A stretch of 63,728 nucleotides of DNA, filler included, from a bacterium (GCA_026985515.1; 9 parts of 9 records of this genome joined end to end with filler, not necessarily neighbours in it), one strand, 5' to 3'; positions 1 through 10,194 are shown, numbered from the whole stretch's first letter. Program-made: numbers and translations. Notes: a model not told the origin generated them from the sequence alone.

Positions 1-1680
1 AATGAGATCCCACTGCTTCTGCTGGGCAGCCATCAGTATCATGAGAATGTTGGCACCGGCACTGAAGTTCCTGCTCTGACTTCCAATAACAAGACCCTCT
101 AACTTATCCTCTTCCAGCATATCCACTGCCTTATTCAGCATACTGATAATTCCATCGTCAATGGCATTCATCTTGGTATGAAATTCAACGAGTCCAACTC
201 CATCCCCAAGATCAATAAGGCTTGCAGAGGCGTTCTCTTCAATAACTTTCTCCTGATCCTTAAGGGACTTGAGAATAATAACATTGGATGGCTGAGGTAC
301 AGGTTTATACTTCAGAGCCTTAGGATCATAGTAGAACTTCTGACCACCAACCTCAATGTAGAAATAGCCATAGCCATTTGTGATGACCCTCTTTATGATT
401 TTGGGTACCTCAATACCCTCTTTTTCCATTCTTTCAATGGATTCCTTAACTCCTATTGCGTCCCATGCTTCAAAGGGACCTAAATCCCAGTTGAAACCCC
501 ATTTCATTGCATTGTCAATGTTGACAATATCATCTGCTATTTCGTAAAGCCTGTTGGCAGTGTATACAAGTGTGTCTCTCATCACCTTCCATGCAAACTG
601 TCCCGCTCTATCATCAGCATACACCAGTTTTCTCAATCTCTTTCTCAGATCCTCCTCAGCCTTTGCCTCTTTAAGGGAGGGATAATCATACTTTTTGACT
701 TCTCTGTATTCAAGGGTCTTTGGATCAATAACAAGTTTAACCTTTTTGCCCTCTTCATTCTTTTCCTTTTTGTAGAAGCCTGCCTTCGTTTTATTCCCGA
801 GGAGACCCTTTTCCACCATCTTCTTTATGAAATCAGGTACCTTGAAAATCTCTCTCTTTTCATCATCTGGTACGCCCTCATAAATATTCTCCACAACATG
901 GACCAGGGTATCGATACCAACAAGATCAGCGGTACCAAAAGCTGCACTTCCCGGTCTGCCCATTGGCTTTCCAACAATGGCGTCAACCTCATCAATTTCA
1001 TAACCATCTTCAAGCATCTGATGAATGGTGGCCATCATTCCAAAAACACCAATTCTGTTGGCTATGAAATTGGGCGTATCCTTGGCAAAAACGACCCCCT
1101 TACCCAGAACATTGGTTCCAAACTTTGCCATAAAATCCACAAGTTCTGGATCAGTTTCTTCACCGGCAACAATTTCAAGAAGTTTCATATAGCGGGGTGG
1201 ATTGAAGAAGTGTGTCACCAGGAATCTCTTCTTAAAATCATCACTTCTACCTTCAGTCATTACTTTTATTGGAATACCTGAAGTATTGGATGAAATAATT
1301 GCACCCGGTTTTGCATATTTCTCTACCGTTTCAAAAACCTTCTGTTTTATTTTGGCATCCTCAACCACAACCTCAATGATCCAGTCTGCGTCACTGAGAT
1401 AATCGAGGTTATCCTCCATATTTCCGGGAGTTATAAGCTTGACATCTTCCTTAGTAATTTTAGGCGGAATTTTCTTCTCACCAACAATCCTTTCTATGGC
1501 ATTCAGGGCAAACCTGTTTCTTGCCTTTGGATCCTTTTTCTCTTCCTCACTCAGATTTGGAGGAACAATATCCAGGAGGTAAACGGGATATCCCACATAA
1601 GCCAGCAAACCAGCTATGTCACCTCCCATTACCCCTGCACCAATCACTGCAACTTTGTTGATTTTGTATTTTGAAGCCAT
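1..1680 (-). CDS. fadN: 3-hydroxyacyl-CoA dehydrogenase/enoyl-CoA hydratase (FadN type), N-terminal 560 aa, runs off window start
   Basis: Missing from ORF track. Manual translation: MASKYKINKVAVIGAGVMGGDIAG (Rossmann), HFFNPPRY..LLE, FIANRIG, NFSAGAN crotonase motif. GGAGG SD. Follows the thiolase gene. Confidence 0.92.
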   Translation of the reverse strand, partial: MASKYKINKVAVIGAGVMGGDIAGLLAYVGYPVYLLDIVPPNLSEEEKKDPKARNRFALNAIERIVGEKKIPPKITKEDVKLITPGNMEDNLDYLSDADWIIEVVVEDAKIKQKVFETVEKYAKPGAIISSNTSGIPIKVMTEGRSDDFKKRFLVTHFFNPPRYMKLLEIVAGEETDPELVDFMAKFGTNVLGKGVVFAKDTPNFIANRIGVFGMMATIHQMLEDGYEIDEVDAIVGKPMGRPGSAAFGTADLVGIDTLVHVVENIYEGVPDDEKREIFKVPDFIKKMVEKGLLGNKTKAGFYKKEKNEEGKKVKLVIDPKTLEYREVKKYDYPSLKEAKAEEDLRKRLRKLVYADDRAGQFAWKVMRDTLVYTANRLYEIADDIVNIDNAMKWGFNWDLGPFEAWDAIGVKESIERMEKEGIEVPKIIKRVITNGYGYFYIEVGGQKFYYDPKALKYKPVPQPSNVIILKSLKDQEKVIEENASASLIDLGDGVGLVEFHTKMNAIDDGIISMLNKAVDMLEEDKLEGLVIGSQSRNFSAGANILMILMAAQQKQWDLI

Positions 1681-1710
1681 CTTTCGCCTCCTTTATTAGC
1701 GTTTCTTAAA

Positions 1711-2967
1711 TTATTCAATCTCAATTGCTGTTGCAATACCCATTCCACCACCGATGCACATTGTGGCAAGACCAAGGTTCAAACCTCTTCTCCTCATCTC
1801 ATACATAAGTGTGGTGAGAATTCTTGGTCCAGAAATTCCAAGGGGATGCCCAAGGGCAATGGCACCACCATTTACATTGACAACTGATGGGTCAATACCG
1901 AGTTCCTTTATACTTGCAATGGACTGGGAGGCAAAAGCCTCGTTTATCTCAACAAGCTGGAAATCCTTTATTTCAAAGCCGTACCTCTTCATGAGATCCC
2001 TGGTGGAGTAAATAGGTCCAAGACCCATAACCTCTGGTTCGAGACCCTTTACACCAATTGCCCTAATTTTTGCAAGGGGCTCTATTCCAAGAGCCTTTGC
2101 CTTCTCATAGGACATGAGGACCATCGCCATTGCACCGGCATTAATTGGAGAAGAATTACCTGCGGTAACCCTTCCATTAACTCTGAACACTGGTTTCAAC
2201 TTGGCAAGTTTCTCAAGAGATGTGTCTCTTCTCGGTCCCTCATCCTTATCAAGCAACTTCCACCCTTCAGGGACACCCTTTTCCTTCCTGTAGATTTCCA
2301 CATCCCCTGTCTCTGACTTTACAATAACCGGGACAATTTCATCGTTGAACTTCCCTTCATCCTGAGCCTTAACTGCCTTCATATGGCTTTCATAGGCAAA
2401 CTGGTCAAGTGCTTCCCTGGTAAGACCATACTTATCTCCATACCTGTCAATTACTCTCTCTGCAGTTTCTCCCATGGGGATGTAAACATTGGGGAGATCC
2501 TCTGGAATTTCAAAGGGTTCCTCAATCTCTTCTCCAAATGTTTTTTTGACAAATTTAATATTTGGTGTGGGCTTGTTGCTTGTCATGGGAACCAGAGTCA
2601 TGCTCTCTGTTCCACCAACAAGAATGATATCCATGGCTCCAGACCATATCATTCCAGCTGCGTAGTGAAGTGCCGTCATTGCAGAACCACACATTCTGGA
2701 ATATGTAGCCGCAGGTACATCTTCAGGGATTCCCGCAAGCAGTGCCGCAACCCTTGCCACATTCATTCCCTGCTCAGCCTCAGGGAAAGCCGTGCCTGCA
2801 GCAATATCATCAATCTGGGTCCAGTCCTCAAGCTGGGGAATTCTCTCCAGTGCGGCCTTGAAAGCTATGGCGAGCATATCATCTGACCTTGCATTTCTGA
2901 GCAAACCTTTTTTGGCTCCTATGGGGAGCCTGACAGCTGAAACAATTACCGCATCTCTGTCTTTCAT
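1711..2967 (-). CDS. fadA: Acetyl-CoA C-acyltransferase (thiolase)
   Basis: RMCGSA, NEAFA, GHPLG and TMCIGGG thiolase motifs. Confidence 0.95.
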   Translation of the reverse strand: MKDRDAVIVSAVRLPIGAKKGLLRNARSDDMLAIAFKAALERIPQLEDWTQIDDIAAGTAFPEAEQGMNVARVAALLAGIPEDVPAATYSRMCGSAMTALHYAAGMIWSGAMDIILVGGTESMTLVPMTSNKPTPNIKFVKKTFGEEIEEPFEIPEDLPNVYIPMGETAERVIDRYGDKYGLTREALDQFAYESHMKAVKAQDEGKFNDEIVPVIVKSETGDVEIYRKEKGVPEGWKLLDKDEGPRRDTSLEKLAKLKPVFRVNGRVTAGNSSPINAGAMAMVLMSYEKAKALGIEPLAKIRAIGVKGLEPEVMGLGPIYSTRDLMKRYGFEIKDFQLVEINEAFASQSIASIKELGIDPSVVNVNGGAIALGHPLGISGPRILTTLMYEMRRRGLNLGLATMCIGGGMGIATAIEIE

Positions 2968-2993
2968 ACCTTCCTCCTATTTTTGTTCTTCAA

Positions 2994-3011
2994 TGAATGA
3001 ATACTCATTCA
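2994..3011. promoter_or_regulatory. FadR/YsiA-type operator TGAATGAATACTCATTCA
   Basis: 18-bp palindrome matching the B. subtilis FadR box TGAATGANTANTCATTCA; lies over the predicted TSS of fadA-fadN. Confidence 0.8.
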
Positions 3012-3016
3012 GGAGT

Positions 3017-3045
3017 AGTTTAACACACAGAGTTTTTGTTGTCAA
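3017..3045 (-). promoter_or_regulatory. sigma70-type promoter of fadA-fadN
   Basis: TTGACA-17nt-TAAACT on minus strand. Confidence 0.75.
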
Positions 3046-3095
3046 ATGAAATTAAGGGTGTACCACCTGAGGTAATATGGGCAAAATACAGGTCT

Positions 3096-3527
3096 TTAAT
3101 TTTCAGTCTTTATATCAAGAGGGTTGAAGGTTGTCTTTATCCACTCTGAAATCATATCCCTGACCTTTCTGAACACCTCCAGCTTCAACTCTTCAGAACC
3201 TTCAACATTAGAGGGATCAGGAAAGCTGTAATGCATGTAACTCCTGGCACCAGGAAAATAGGGACACACCTCCCTTGCATGATCACACACAGTTACAACC
3301 AGATCTATTTCCTCACCGAGGAAGAGATCTACACTTTTTGAGAAATGGGTAGAAATATCCACTGCTGCTTCTTTCATAACCTTAACAGCAAAAGGATGAA
3401 CTCTCCCTGGCTCAGTTCCCGCACTGAAAACCTCGTAAAAATCACCATAAAAATGCCTCAGGAAACCCTCCGCCATCTGAGATCTTGCAGAGTTGTGGGT
3501 ACAGATGAAAAGAACTTTTTTCTTCAT
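3096..3527 (-). CDS. arsC: Thioredoxin-type arsenate reductase (LMW-PTP fold)
   Basis: CTHNSARSQMAE P-loop, VCDHAREVCP, DP motif. Start placed at MKKKVLF, 7 nt after TAAAAT. Confidence 0.9.
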   Translation of the reverse strand: MKKKVLFICTHNSARSQMAEGFLRHFYGDFYEVFSAGTEPGRVHPFAVKVMKEAAVDISTHFSKSVDLFLGEEIDLVVTVCDHAREVCPYFPGARSYMHYSFPDPSNVEGSEELKLEVFRKVRDMISEWIKTTFNPLDIKTEN

Positions 3528-3550
3528 ATCCCACATTTTACATGAAACAG

Positions 3551-3583
3551 AAAAAATCGGCCACTCAGAGGAGTGAGTGGCCG
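3551..3583 (-). terminator. Rho-independent terminator
   Basis: 10-bp stem CGGCCACTCA/TGAGTGGCCG followed by a T-tract on minus strand. Confidence 0.8.
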
Positions 3584-3602
3584 GCTGGGAGAAGGGGGGA
3601 TT

Positions 3603-4995
3603 TTATAGTTTGTTTACCTTCTTGATAACCTTCTTTCCATCCTTTCTGATTTCAAATTTAGCTTCCTTTCCCGCATCCACTGACACATTTATGACAGTCA
3701 CGCTTCCATCTCTGTTATAAATCCTTACACTTCCCTCCAGGGATCCATCAGGGTAGTAGTAGAGTTTTCCATCAGAATCAGGGGATTGAGGCGTTGTGAT
3801 GTTATCCTTCTTGAAAGTTATCACCGCAGAACTATCGACAAGCCTCTCAATTCTGAAAGCGATTCTGACACCCTTCAATTTGTTTCCAACATCTCCAGAA
3901 AGAACCCTGCTCAGTCTCTTCTTAACCTCAACAAGTTTTCCTCTCCATCCATCACTTCTCACAAAATTGATGGTTCTTCTCCCATCATCAACGGAAACTT
4001 TAGCATCAACACTCCTTGTTGTTCCATCGGCAAAGTATATGGTTCTATGAAGTTCTCCTTCACCATCATTGAATCTCGGTAAAACCCCCGTTGCTTCAAT
4101 CTTCACAATAGCTGATGTATCTGGAAAATTGTGCACAATTTCAAATTCACCAGTGTTTAAATCAACGTTTCCTTTAGATTCCACCCCTTTAAATCCTTTT
4201 CTGTAGTATTCCACCACATCATCTTCAAGATGAGCATGGGATGTGGCAACTGAACCATCCTTACTGACAAGTCTTTTCAGTTCGTAAATTTCATCAAATT
4301 TCAACTTATCCCAGTCATCAGGAGAATCAGGTGCCACGCCCAGGGTTATACTGTCAGAGTAACTTTTCAATTTTCCCCCACTCTGATCAGACCATTGGGC
4401 ATAGGTATTTACCCATATGGTATCTGGTTTATCATCCACCTTAACTGCCGGAGTTACTTCCACAGTGTAATCCATATAGGAACCATCCTTCATCTCCGTA
4501 TAAACATCCACTTTTTTGATAAGATTATCATCATCTGCAAGGGTGTCATTCTCATTTAGAAGGATTGTGGATACTGTAACTTTTCTTTCATCATCCTCTC
4601 CATAGTAGCGAGTCTCTGATACCTCCACCCAACCTGTTAACAGATTATTATCCTCGGGATATCCTTCAGCCTCCTTGATTTCCACAACACTGGTTGTTTC
4701 ATCCTTGTAAGTTACCTCTGCTTTCCAGTATGTAATCTGACCATTGTCAATGTCGCTGTTAAAATAACCTTTAATTGTAACTGTTACTTCCTTTCTGTCG
4801 TCACCCATTGGAAAATCATCAGAATAATAGACACATGTTCTGAGTTCACTGGTATTCTGATTAAGGGGAGGATCACATGTGAAGGACTGATTCATGGGGG
4901 AAAAAGCAGGTGATAAAGAATTTGCTGTGGGGAAATTCAACTCTTCCCCTACTACACTCAGACCCTCAACATTACCCGCTGCCTGATCCATGGTA
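3603..4995 (-). CDS. Hypothetical beta-rich protein, N-terminus lost in gap
   Basis: >460-aa ORF with an acidic N-part and basic C-part; own terminator; no family recognised. Confidence 0.75.
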
Positions 4996-5095
4996 NNNNN
5001 NNNNNNNNNNNNNNNNNNNNNNNNNNNNNNNNNNNNNNNTTAATTAATTAANNNNNNNNNNNNNNNNNNNNNNNNNNNNNNNNNNNNNNNNNNNN
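4996..5095. other. Artificial contig linker (first of eight)
   Basis: N-run with TTAATTAATTAA six-frame stop; same linker at 10064, 28532, 38342, 47062, 52051, 56971 and 61815. Confidence 0.98.
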
Positions 5096-5262
5096 CGATG
5101 AGAAGTCAATAAATTACCTCACAGGTCTTGTGTTTTACGATATAAATCAGAGGCTGAAAAGGAGACCACCTCTATGGCACAAATAAAATTTTTGTGAACA
5201 AAACTTGACAGTACCTTACAGGCCTCAATCTTGAAACCCATTTTGCAACCTTTGATACCAAC

Positions 5263-5769
5263 TTGATTTTCATCAAAGATACTTCCGCAGGATATAACAT
5301 TGCAGGTTTAGCCTTTAAGGGGGATCTGGTGGTGGGAATCTGGGGGGAACTTTTTTACAGTTTTGACACAGGATTAAAAAAGCACATCCTGAGATTCTCA
5401 GCAGGAGCAGATTATTCCTTTTTAAAATACTGCTATGTTGCGGTTGAATATTTCTACGACAGCAGTGGAGAGAAGGATTACAGAAAATACTTTAAACTCC
5501 TGCCTCTTAACAGAATGACTTTGGGCAGAGAGTATTTAATGAGCAATTTTACCTTGATCAGGAGTGAAACCACAAATTATGGAATAACTGCACTCATCAA
5601 CCTTTCAGACGGGAGTACCGTTATTTTCCCTTTTTTACAGTATGAGTTTCTTGAAAACACCACTCTGGGAGTGGGAATTTACAATTTTCAGGGAAAGAAG
5701 GGAAGGGAATTTTCTCCTGAAAATAGTGGCAAATTTATTACTGATCTCTTCCTCAATGTGAGATTCTGA
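5263..5769 (+). CDS. Outer-membrane beta-barrel protein, C-terminal part (possibly truncated)
   Basis: Alternating amphipathic strands and terminal Phe (FLNVRF); no signal peptide; in-frame TGA shortly upstream. Confidence 0.55.
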   Translation: MIFIKDTSAGYNIAGLAFKGDLVVGIWGELFYSFDTGLKKHILRFSAGADYSFLKYCYVAVEYFYDSSGEKDYRKYFKLLPLNRMTLGREYLMSNFTLIRSETTNYGITALINLSDGSTVIFPFLQYEFLENTTLGVGIYNFQGKKGREFSPENSGKFITDLFLNVRF

Positions 5770-5827
5770 ACATTTCAATCTTGCAAAACCAGGTTCCACC
5801 TGTATATTAAAAGTAAAGGAGGTATCT

Positions 5828-5935
5828 ATGGGAAAAGGAGATAGAAGAACAAAGAGAGGCAAAATCTGGCGGGGAACTTACGGGAAATATAGAAGGAGAA
5901 AAAAGAAAAATAAAACAGTTCAGGAACCTGAGTAG
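5828..5935 (+). CDS. thx: 30S ribosomal protein Thx (bTHX)
   Basis: [35 protein letters not shown], near-identical to Thermus Thx; AAGGAGGT SD; TTGCAA-16-TATATT promoter at 5781-5808. Confidence 0.93.
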   Translation: MGKGDRRTKRGKIWRGTYGKYRRRKKKNKTVQEPE

Positions 5936-6000
5936 CTGCTGAGCCTGTTTCCCTTTCCCTTCCTTGCAATGGATGTTTTACTGTGGTAAACTTGTGGTGT

Positions 6001-6624
6001 ATGAAGAGGGTGATTTTAACATTGTTTATTCTTCTAAGCTGGAGTGTTGCAACGCTAACTGCAGGTACAATCTATTATTACATTGATGGCAACGGGGTAA
6101 TTCATTTCACCGATTCTCCACCAGATTTAAAACATTACAAACCCTATATTGTTACTCCTCAAAGGAGAGAAAGCAGGAAACAATTCAAAGTTAAGGCGAA
6201 GGTAGTAAAGGAAGACCGATATGATAATCTTATCAGAATCTATTCCAGGTCCTTTTCGGTTCCCTTTGAGTTAATCAAGGCTGTTATAAAGGTTGAATCT
6301 GATTTTAATCCTTACGCTGTTTCGCCTGCAGGTGCCATTGGACTCATGCAGTTGCTGCCATCAACTGCCAGAAAAATGGGGGTGACCAATCTCTGGTCAC
6401 CTGCAGAAAATATTTACGCTGGAGTCAAATACCTTCGCTATCTTCTTGATCTGTTCGACTGGGATTATGCACGGGCCCTTGCTGCTTATAATGCTGGAAG
6501 CCTGAGGGTTCTTAAGGCAGGAGGTGTACCGGATCTTCCTGAAACCAGAAATTATGTGAGAAGAGTTTTTTACTATTACAGGTATTACATCTCCAGGTCA
6601 CTCTCCAGGATAGCCAGAGAATAA
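6001..6624 (+). CDS. Soluble lytic transglycosylase with N-terminal DUF4124-like domain
   Basis: Signal peptide, IYYYIDGNGVIHFTDSP, VESDFNPYAVS, GLMQL, ALAAYNAG, ETRNYV. Confidence 0.92.
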   Translation: MKRVILTLFILLSWSVATLTAGTIYYYIDGNGVIHFTDSPPDLKHYKPYIVTPQRRESRKQFKVKAKVVKEDRYDNLIRIYSRSFSVPFELIKAVIKVESDFNPYAVSPAGAIGLMQLLPSTARKMGVTNLWSPAENIYAGVKYLRYLLDLFDWDYARALAAYNAGSLRVLKAGGVPDLPETRNYVRRVFYYYRYYISRSLSRIARE

Positions 6625-6627
6625 CCT

Positions 6628-7836
6628 ATGGATAAAAGAGTAGCAGAGGCGAAGAGACTTCTTGAGAGTGGAAACCTGCCAGAGGCCAGGGTTATTGTTG
6701 AGGAAGTTCTGAAGGAGCACCCCTCTGACCCTGCGGCAAGGAATCTTCTTGGCCTTATCTATTTCCAGCTGGAGGATTACAACGAAAGTATTAATATTTT
6801 CAAGGACCTGGTAGAGGAGTATCCAAATGAAGTTTCTCTTCTGGTAAATCTTGGACTGGCCTATTTGAAAAAGGGTGATTCTCTTGAGGCGGTAAGGGTT
6901 CTGGAAAAGGCTGTCAGATTAAATCCCCATCATAAAAAGGCCTATAACTACCTTGGACTTGCATATGCAAATCTCAATCTCTTTCAGAAAGCAAGGGATG
7001 CGTTTAAGCTTGGCGATTCTCCCAAAATGGTTGAAAAGATGGAGCAGATCCTCGCTTCTCTGACCAGAGAGGAAGAAAAAAAAGCGCAGCATTTTGATGA
7101 AGTTTCCGTACCCCACAGGGAAGAGGAGTTGAGCAGTGCCCTTGATGTGAAGGGAGGGGATGTTTCGTCTGAGAAATTGCAGAAGCTTTTAAATGCCGTT
7201 GATGTGCTTTCTGAAGGAGAAGAAGAGAAAGAATCTTTTCCAGGAATTGACCTTGACAGAGTGGGGCAGGAGGGACCGGTCAAGGTTGTGGATGACTTTA
7301 TATACTGTGTCATTGATGAGGGTCCCTGCTACGGTGTAATAAAAGACCTCGTTATAAAAACTGGTGAGATTGAATTCAAACCCCGGTACAAGAAGTACAA
7401 GGGCAGGGAGCTGAAGACTTATTTTTCCACCAATTATGGCATCATAAATGAATTTGAAGGATTGACGGGGAGAGTTGTTCTCAATCCAGGGAAAAAAATA
7501 TTTTCCTTCCGTTTATATGAAGGTGAAGTTATCTATTTTTTTGAAAAAATTATCTATGCGTTTGGTGGTGATCTGAAGTGGGAAAATGGAAGACTCCCTT
7601 CCCCCAGAGAAGGCGAGGATCTTTATCTGGTACAGTTCAGAGGAAGAGGGTCAATTGTGGTGGCATTTGATGGGAAGCTGTGTTCCCTCTCACTTGGTGA
7701 CATTCCAGTTTATGTCCCCCTTGGATCGTTTGTTGGATGGAAGGGGGATGCCATACCTGCTTTCATAGAGGATTCTTCAGGGAATCTCATGGTTGAGTTG
7801 AGTGGTTCTGGCTCTGTTTTTTTCAAGGTGGAGTAG
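6628..7836 (+). CDS. TPR-repeat protein with C-terminal AIM24-like domain
   Basis: About 4 TPRs, acidic linker, then WENGRL...LVQFRGRG...GWKG...LSGSGSV beta domain. Confidence 0.7.
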   Translation: MDKRVAEAKRLLESGNLPEARVIVEEVLKEHPSDPAARNLLGLIYFQLEDYNESINIFKDLVEEYPNEVSLLVNLGLAYLKKGDSLEAVRVLEKAVRLNPHHKKAYNYLGLAYANLNLFQKARDAFKLGDSPKMVEKMEQILASLTREEEKKAQHFDEVSVPHREEELSSALDVKGGDVSSEKLQKLLNAVDVLSEGEEEKESFPGIDLDRVGQEGPVKVVDDFIYCVIDEGPCYGVIKDLVIKTGEIEFKPRYKKYKGRELKTYFSTNYGIINEFEGLTGRVVLNPGKKIFSFRLYEGEVIYFFEKIIYAFGGDLKWENGRLPSPREGEDLYLVQFRGRGSIVVAFDGKLCSLSLGDIPVYVPLGSFVGWKGDAIPAFIEDSSGNLMVELSGSGSVFFKVE

Positions 7837-7840
7837 CGTA

Positions 7841-8446
7841 ATGTCCGGAAAGGAGAAAATTTCAAACATTCCCAATATCCTTACAATACTCAGAATACTC
7901 ATAGCCATTGCCCTCGTTTTCTTACTCTATGCTCAAAAGGGATTACCCGCGGATAGACTTGCTCCCTGGAACTGGATCTCGCTCATACTTTTTGTTATTG
8001 GTGCGGTTTCAGATTATATTGATGGGTATCTTGCGAGGAAGTATGGCTGGGTGACCAATTTTGGAAAATTGTTTGATCCCCTTGCAGACAAGTTTCTGAT
8101 AGCCTTCTCACTTATTATGCTCACAGATCTCCAGAGGGTTCCCGGCTGGATAACTGTTATCCTTGTCGGAAGAGATATTGCAGTTACAGGATTGAGAGGG
8201 CTTGCATCGGAAATGGGTGTTGTTATTGCTGCTGCATGGAGTGGCAAATTCAAAACTCTGGCTGAACTCCTTGCAGTTGGCGGCTATATTTACTGGGGAG
8301 ATCTCTGGTTTCTTAATGGTGAAAAGTGGGGAAATTTTTTTGTGATTTTTGCAATTATCCTGGCTCTCTGGTCAGGTTTTGAATACTTTGCAAGATTCTG
8401 GAAAGTGGTCACCATGGAGGAGAAAGTTGAAGAGGGAAAACAATAG
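7841..8446 (+). CDS. pgsA: CDP-diacylglycerol--glycerol-3-phosphate 3-phosphatidyltransferase
   Basis: NIPNILTILR and DYIDGYLARK...FGKLFDPLADK CDP-alcohol phosphotransferase motif. Confidence 0.92.
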   Translation: MSGKEKISNIPNILTILRILIAIALVFLLYAQKGLPADRLAPWNWISLILFVIGAVSDYIDGYLARKYGWVTNFGKLFDPLADKFLIAFSLIMLTDLQRVPGWITVILVGRDIAVTGLRGLASEMGVVIAAAWSGKFKTLAELLAVGGYIYWGDLWFLNGEKWGNFFVIFAIILALWSGFEYFARFWKVVTMEEKVEEGKQ

Positions 8447-9296
8447 AAGCATAACAATTTATCTTTTCAGGGGTGACAGAAAGAAAAAATATGCTTTCTC
8501 CTCTGCAAAAGTCAGGTTTATCAAGGGAATTCTGTGGTTTCTCGTAACGGTTTTTGTGGTATCCATTTTGCTGAATATCCTCATGATCAGGCATATCCCT
8601 GATTACATATCTTATAAGAGGGGAGTTGAAAAAGACAGAGAAATGTTCAGGCGCATCACTCTTTTTCTTGATAAAAAAAATTCTCAGCTTCTCAGAGTTA
8701 CAGGTAAAATCTGGAAACTTTCGCTGACAGGGGAAGAAAAGAGATGGGAGGGTGGGGATCCAGAGGCGACATCTCCGGTCAATCTCAGGGAAAGCGTCAG
8801 GGCTTCTCTTGACGAGATAGGTGGCAGGATAGAAAATTTAGAGTCTGTTACAGGTGAACTCTACAGGATTTTCACATCATCAGATTCTCCTTACCAGTGG
8901 ATTCCCAATGCGTCGCCGGTTACTGGAGAAGTTGCCATTCCTTATGGAGAGTTTAAGGACCCATTTACCCAGAAAGTTGAGCAGCACAATGGTATAGGAA
9001 TAGTGGTACCTTTTGGTACCCCTGTGAAAGCAGCTGCTTCAGGCAGAATAGTTTATGTAGGGAGACATCCAAGATATGGCAAAATTGTAAAAATTTCTCA
9101 TGGATTTGGACTGGAAACAGTTTATGGGCATCTGGGATGGATAAAGTATCCTGAGGGTCACTATGTGAAGAAGGGAGAAGTGTTTGCCACCACCGGTAAC
9201 ACGGGGAAACTTATTGAGCCTCTCCTTTACTTTGAAATTGATTACAACGGAAAACCTGTGGATCCAGGAAATTTCATTCTTTCAGGACAGAAATGA
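8427..9296 (+). CDS. M23-family peptidase with TM anchor and coiled coil
   Basis: HNGIGI, GTPVKAAASG, TVYGHL, TGNTG. TTG start chosen from GGAGG SD. Zn ligands degenerate. Confidence 0.8.
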   Translation: MKRENNRSITIYLFRGDRKKKYAFSSAKVRFIKGILWFLVTVFVVSILLNILMIRHIPDYISYKRGVEKDREMFRRITLFLDKKNSQLLRVTGKIWKLSLTGEEKRWEGGDPEATSPVNLRESVRASLDEIGGRIENLESVTGELYRIFTSSDSPYQWIPNASPVTGEVAIPYGEFKDPFTQKVEQHNGIGIVVPFGTPVKAAASGRIVYVGRHPRYGKIVKISHGFGLETVYGHLGWIKYPEGHYVKKGEVFATTGNTGKLIEPLLYFEIDYNGKPVDPGNFILSGQK

Positions 9297-10063
9297 AGAG
9301 AATTTATGACTTTATTATAGTTGGTGCCGGAATTAATGGACTTCAAATTGGAGCTCTCCTTGTAAATGAGGGAGCCAGTGTCCTTGTTCTGGAAAGATCT
9401 GGTCATATTGGGGGAAGGGCTTATGTATGGGAAAAAGACGGGTTTCTTGTGGATTATGGTATTCATCTGATAAGATATGGACCCGAAAGCGCTATTGCAA
9501 AAACATTCAGAAGGCTTGGTTACAGGATAAAATTCAAGAAACCGGGCACTTCTTACCTGTATGAGGATAGCAAAAAATATATTTTCCCCACTGGTGTATC
9601 CCAGTTTCTGTTTACAAGTCTGATTTCTGCCGGGGAAAAGATAAAGGCGGCCCCCCTGCTCCTGAAAGTTAAGAGGATGAAAGATCAGTGGAAGGAATTG
9701 CTCCATGTTCCAGTTAATAGATGGATGGATGAAAATGGAATTAAGGGAGGATTGAGGAAATATTTCGAACTCGTCACGGGATCAATGCTTGTCTGTCCCT
9801 TTACCGATATTGCATCTTCAGGTGAGCTACTTTTCAACATGGCAAAGGTTCTCAGAACAGGTATTTCTGTTATGTATCCTTCAGGGGGGTGGAAACCACT
9901 GTTTAACTTCCTTGAAAGCAAAATAAAGGAAAATGGAGAGATCATTACGGGAACAAAAGTCACACAGGTGGTGATTGATGGAAACAGAGTCAGAGGAGTT
10001 TATGCGGGTAGTGATTTCTTTGAAGGAAAAAAAGTTGTGGTGAATGTGCCAGTGCAGGAAATG
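9293..10063 (+). CDS. FAD-dependent oxidoreductase (phytoene desaturase-like family), truncated
   Basis: IIVGAGING, LERSGHIGGRA, DYGIH, YPSGG. Confidence 0.85.
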
Positions 10064-10163
10064 NNNNNNNNNNNNNNNNNNNNNNNNNNNNNNNNNNNNN
10101 NNNNNNNTTAATTAATTAANNNNNNNNNNNNNNNNNNNNNNNNNNNNNNNNNNNNNNNNNNNN

Positions 10164-10194
10164 CTCCACCACCAAGTGCAAGTGCTACCTTCAT
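10164..10194 (-). CDS. Patatin-like phospholipase, first 10 codons
   Basis: MKVALALGGG; ATGA overlap with the upstream stop; runs into the gap. Confidence 0.75.

Noticed and set aside
178-1402. Track ORFs over fadN, and other antisense ORFs such as 62449-63297 and 40309-40800
   Set aside because: Shadow frames of well-supported genes on the other strand or frame
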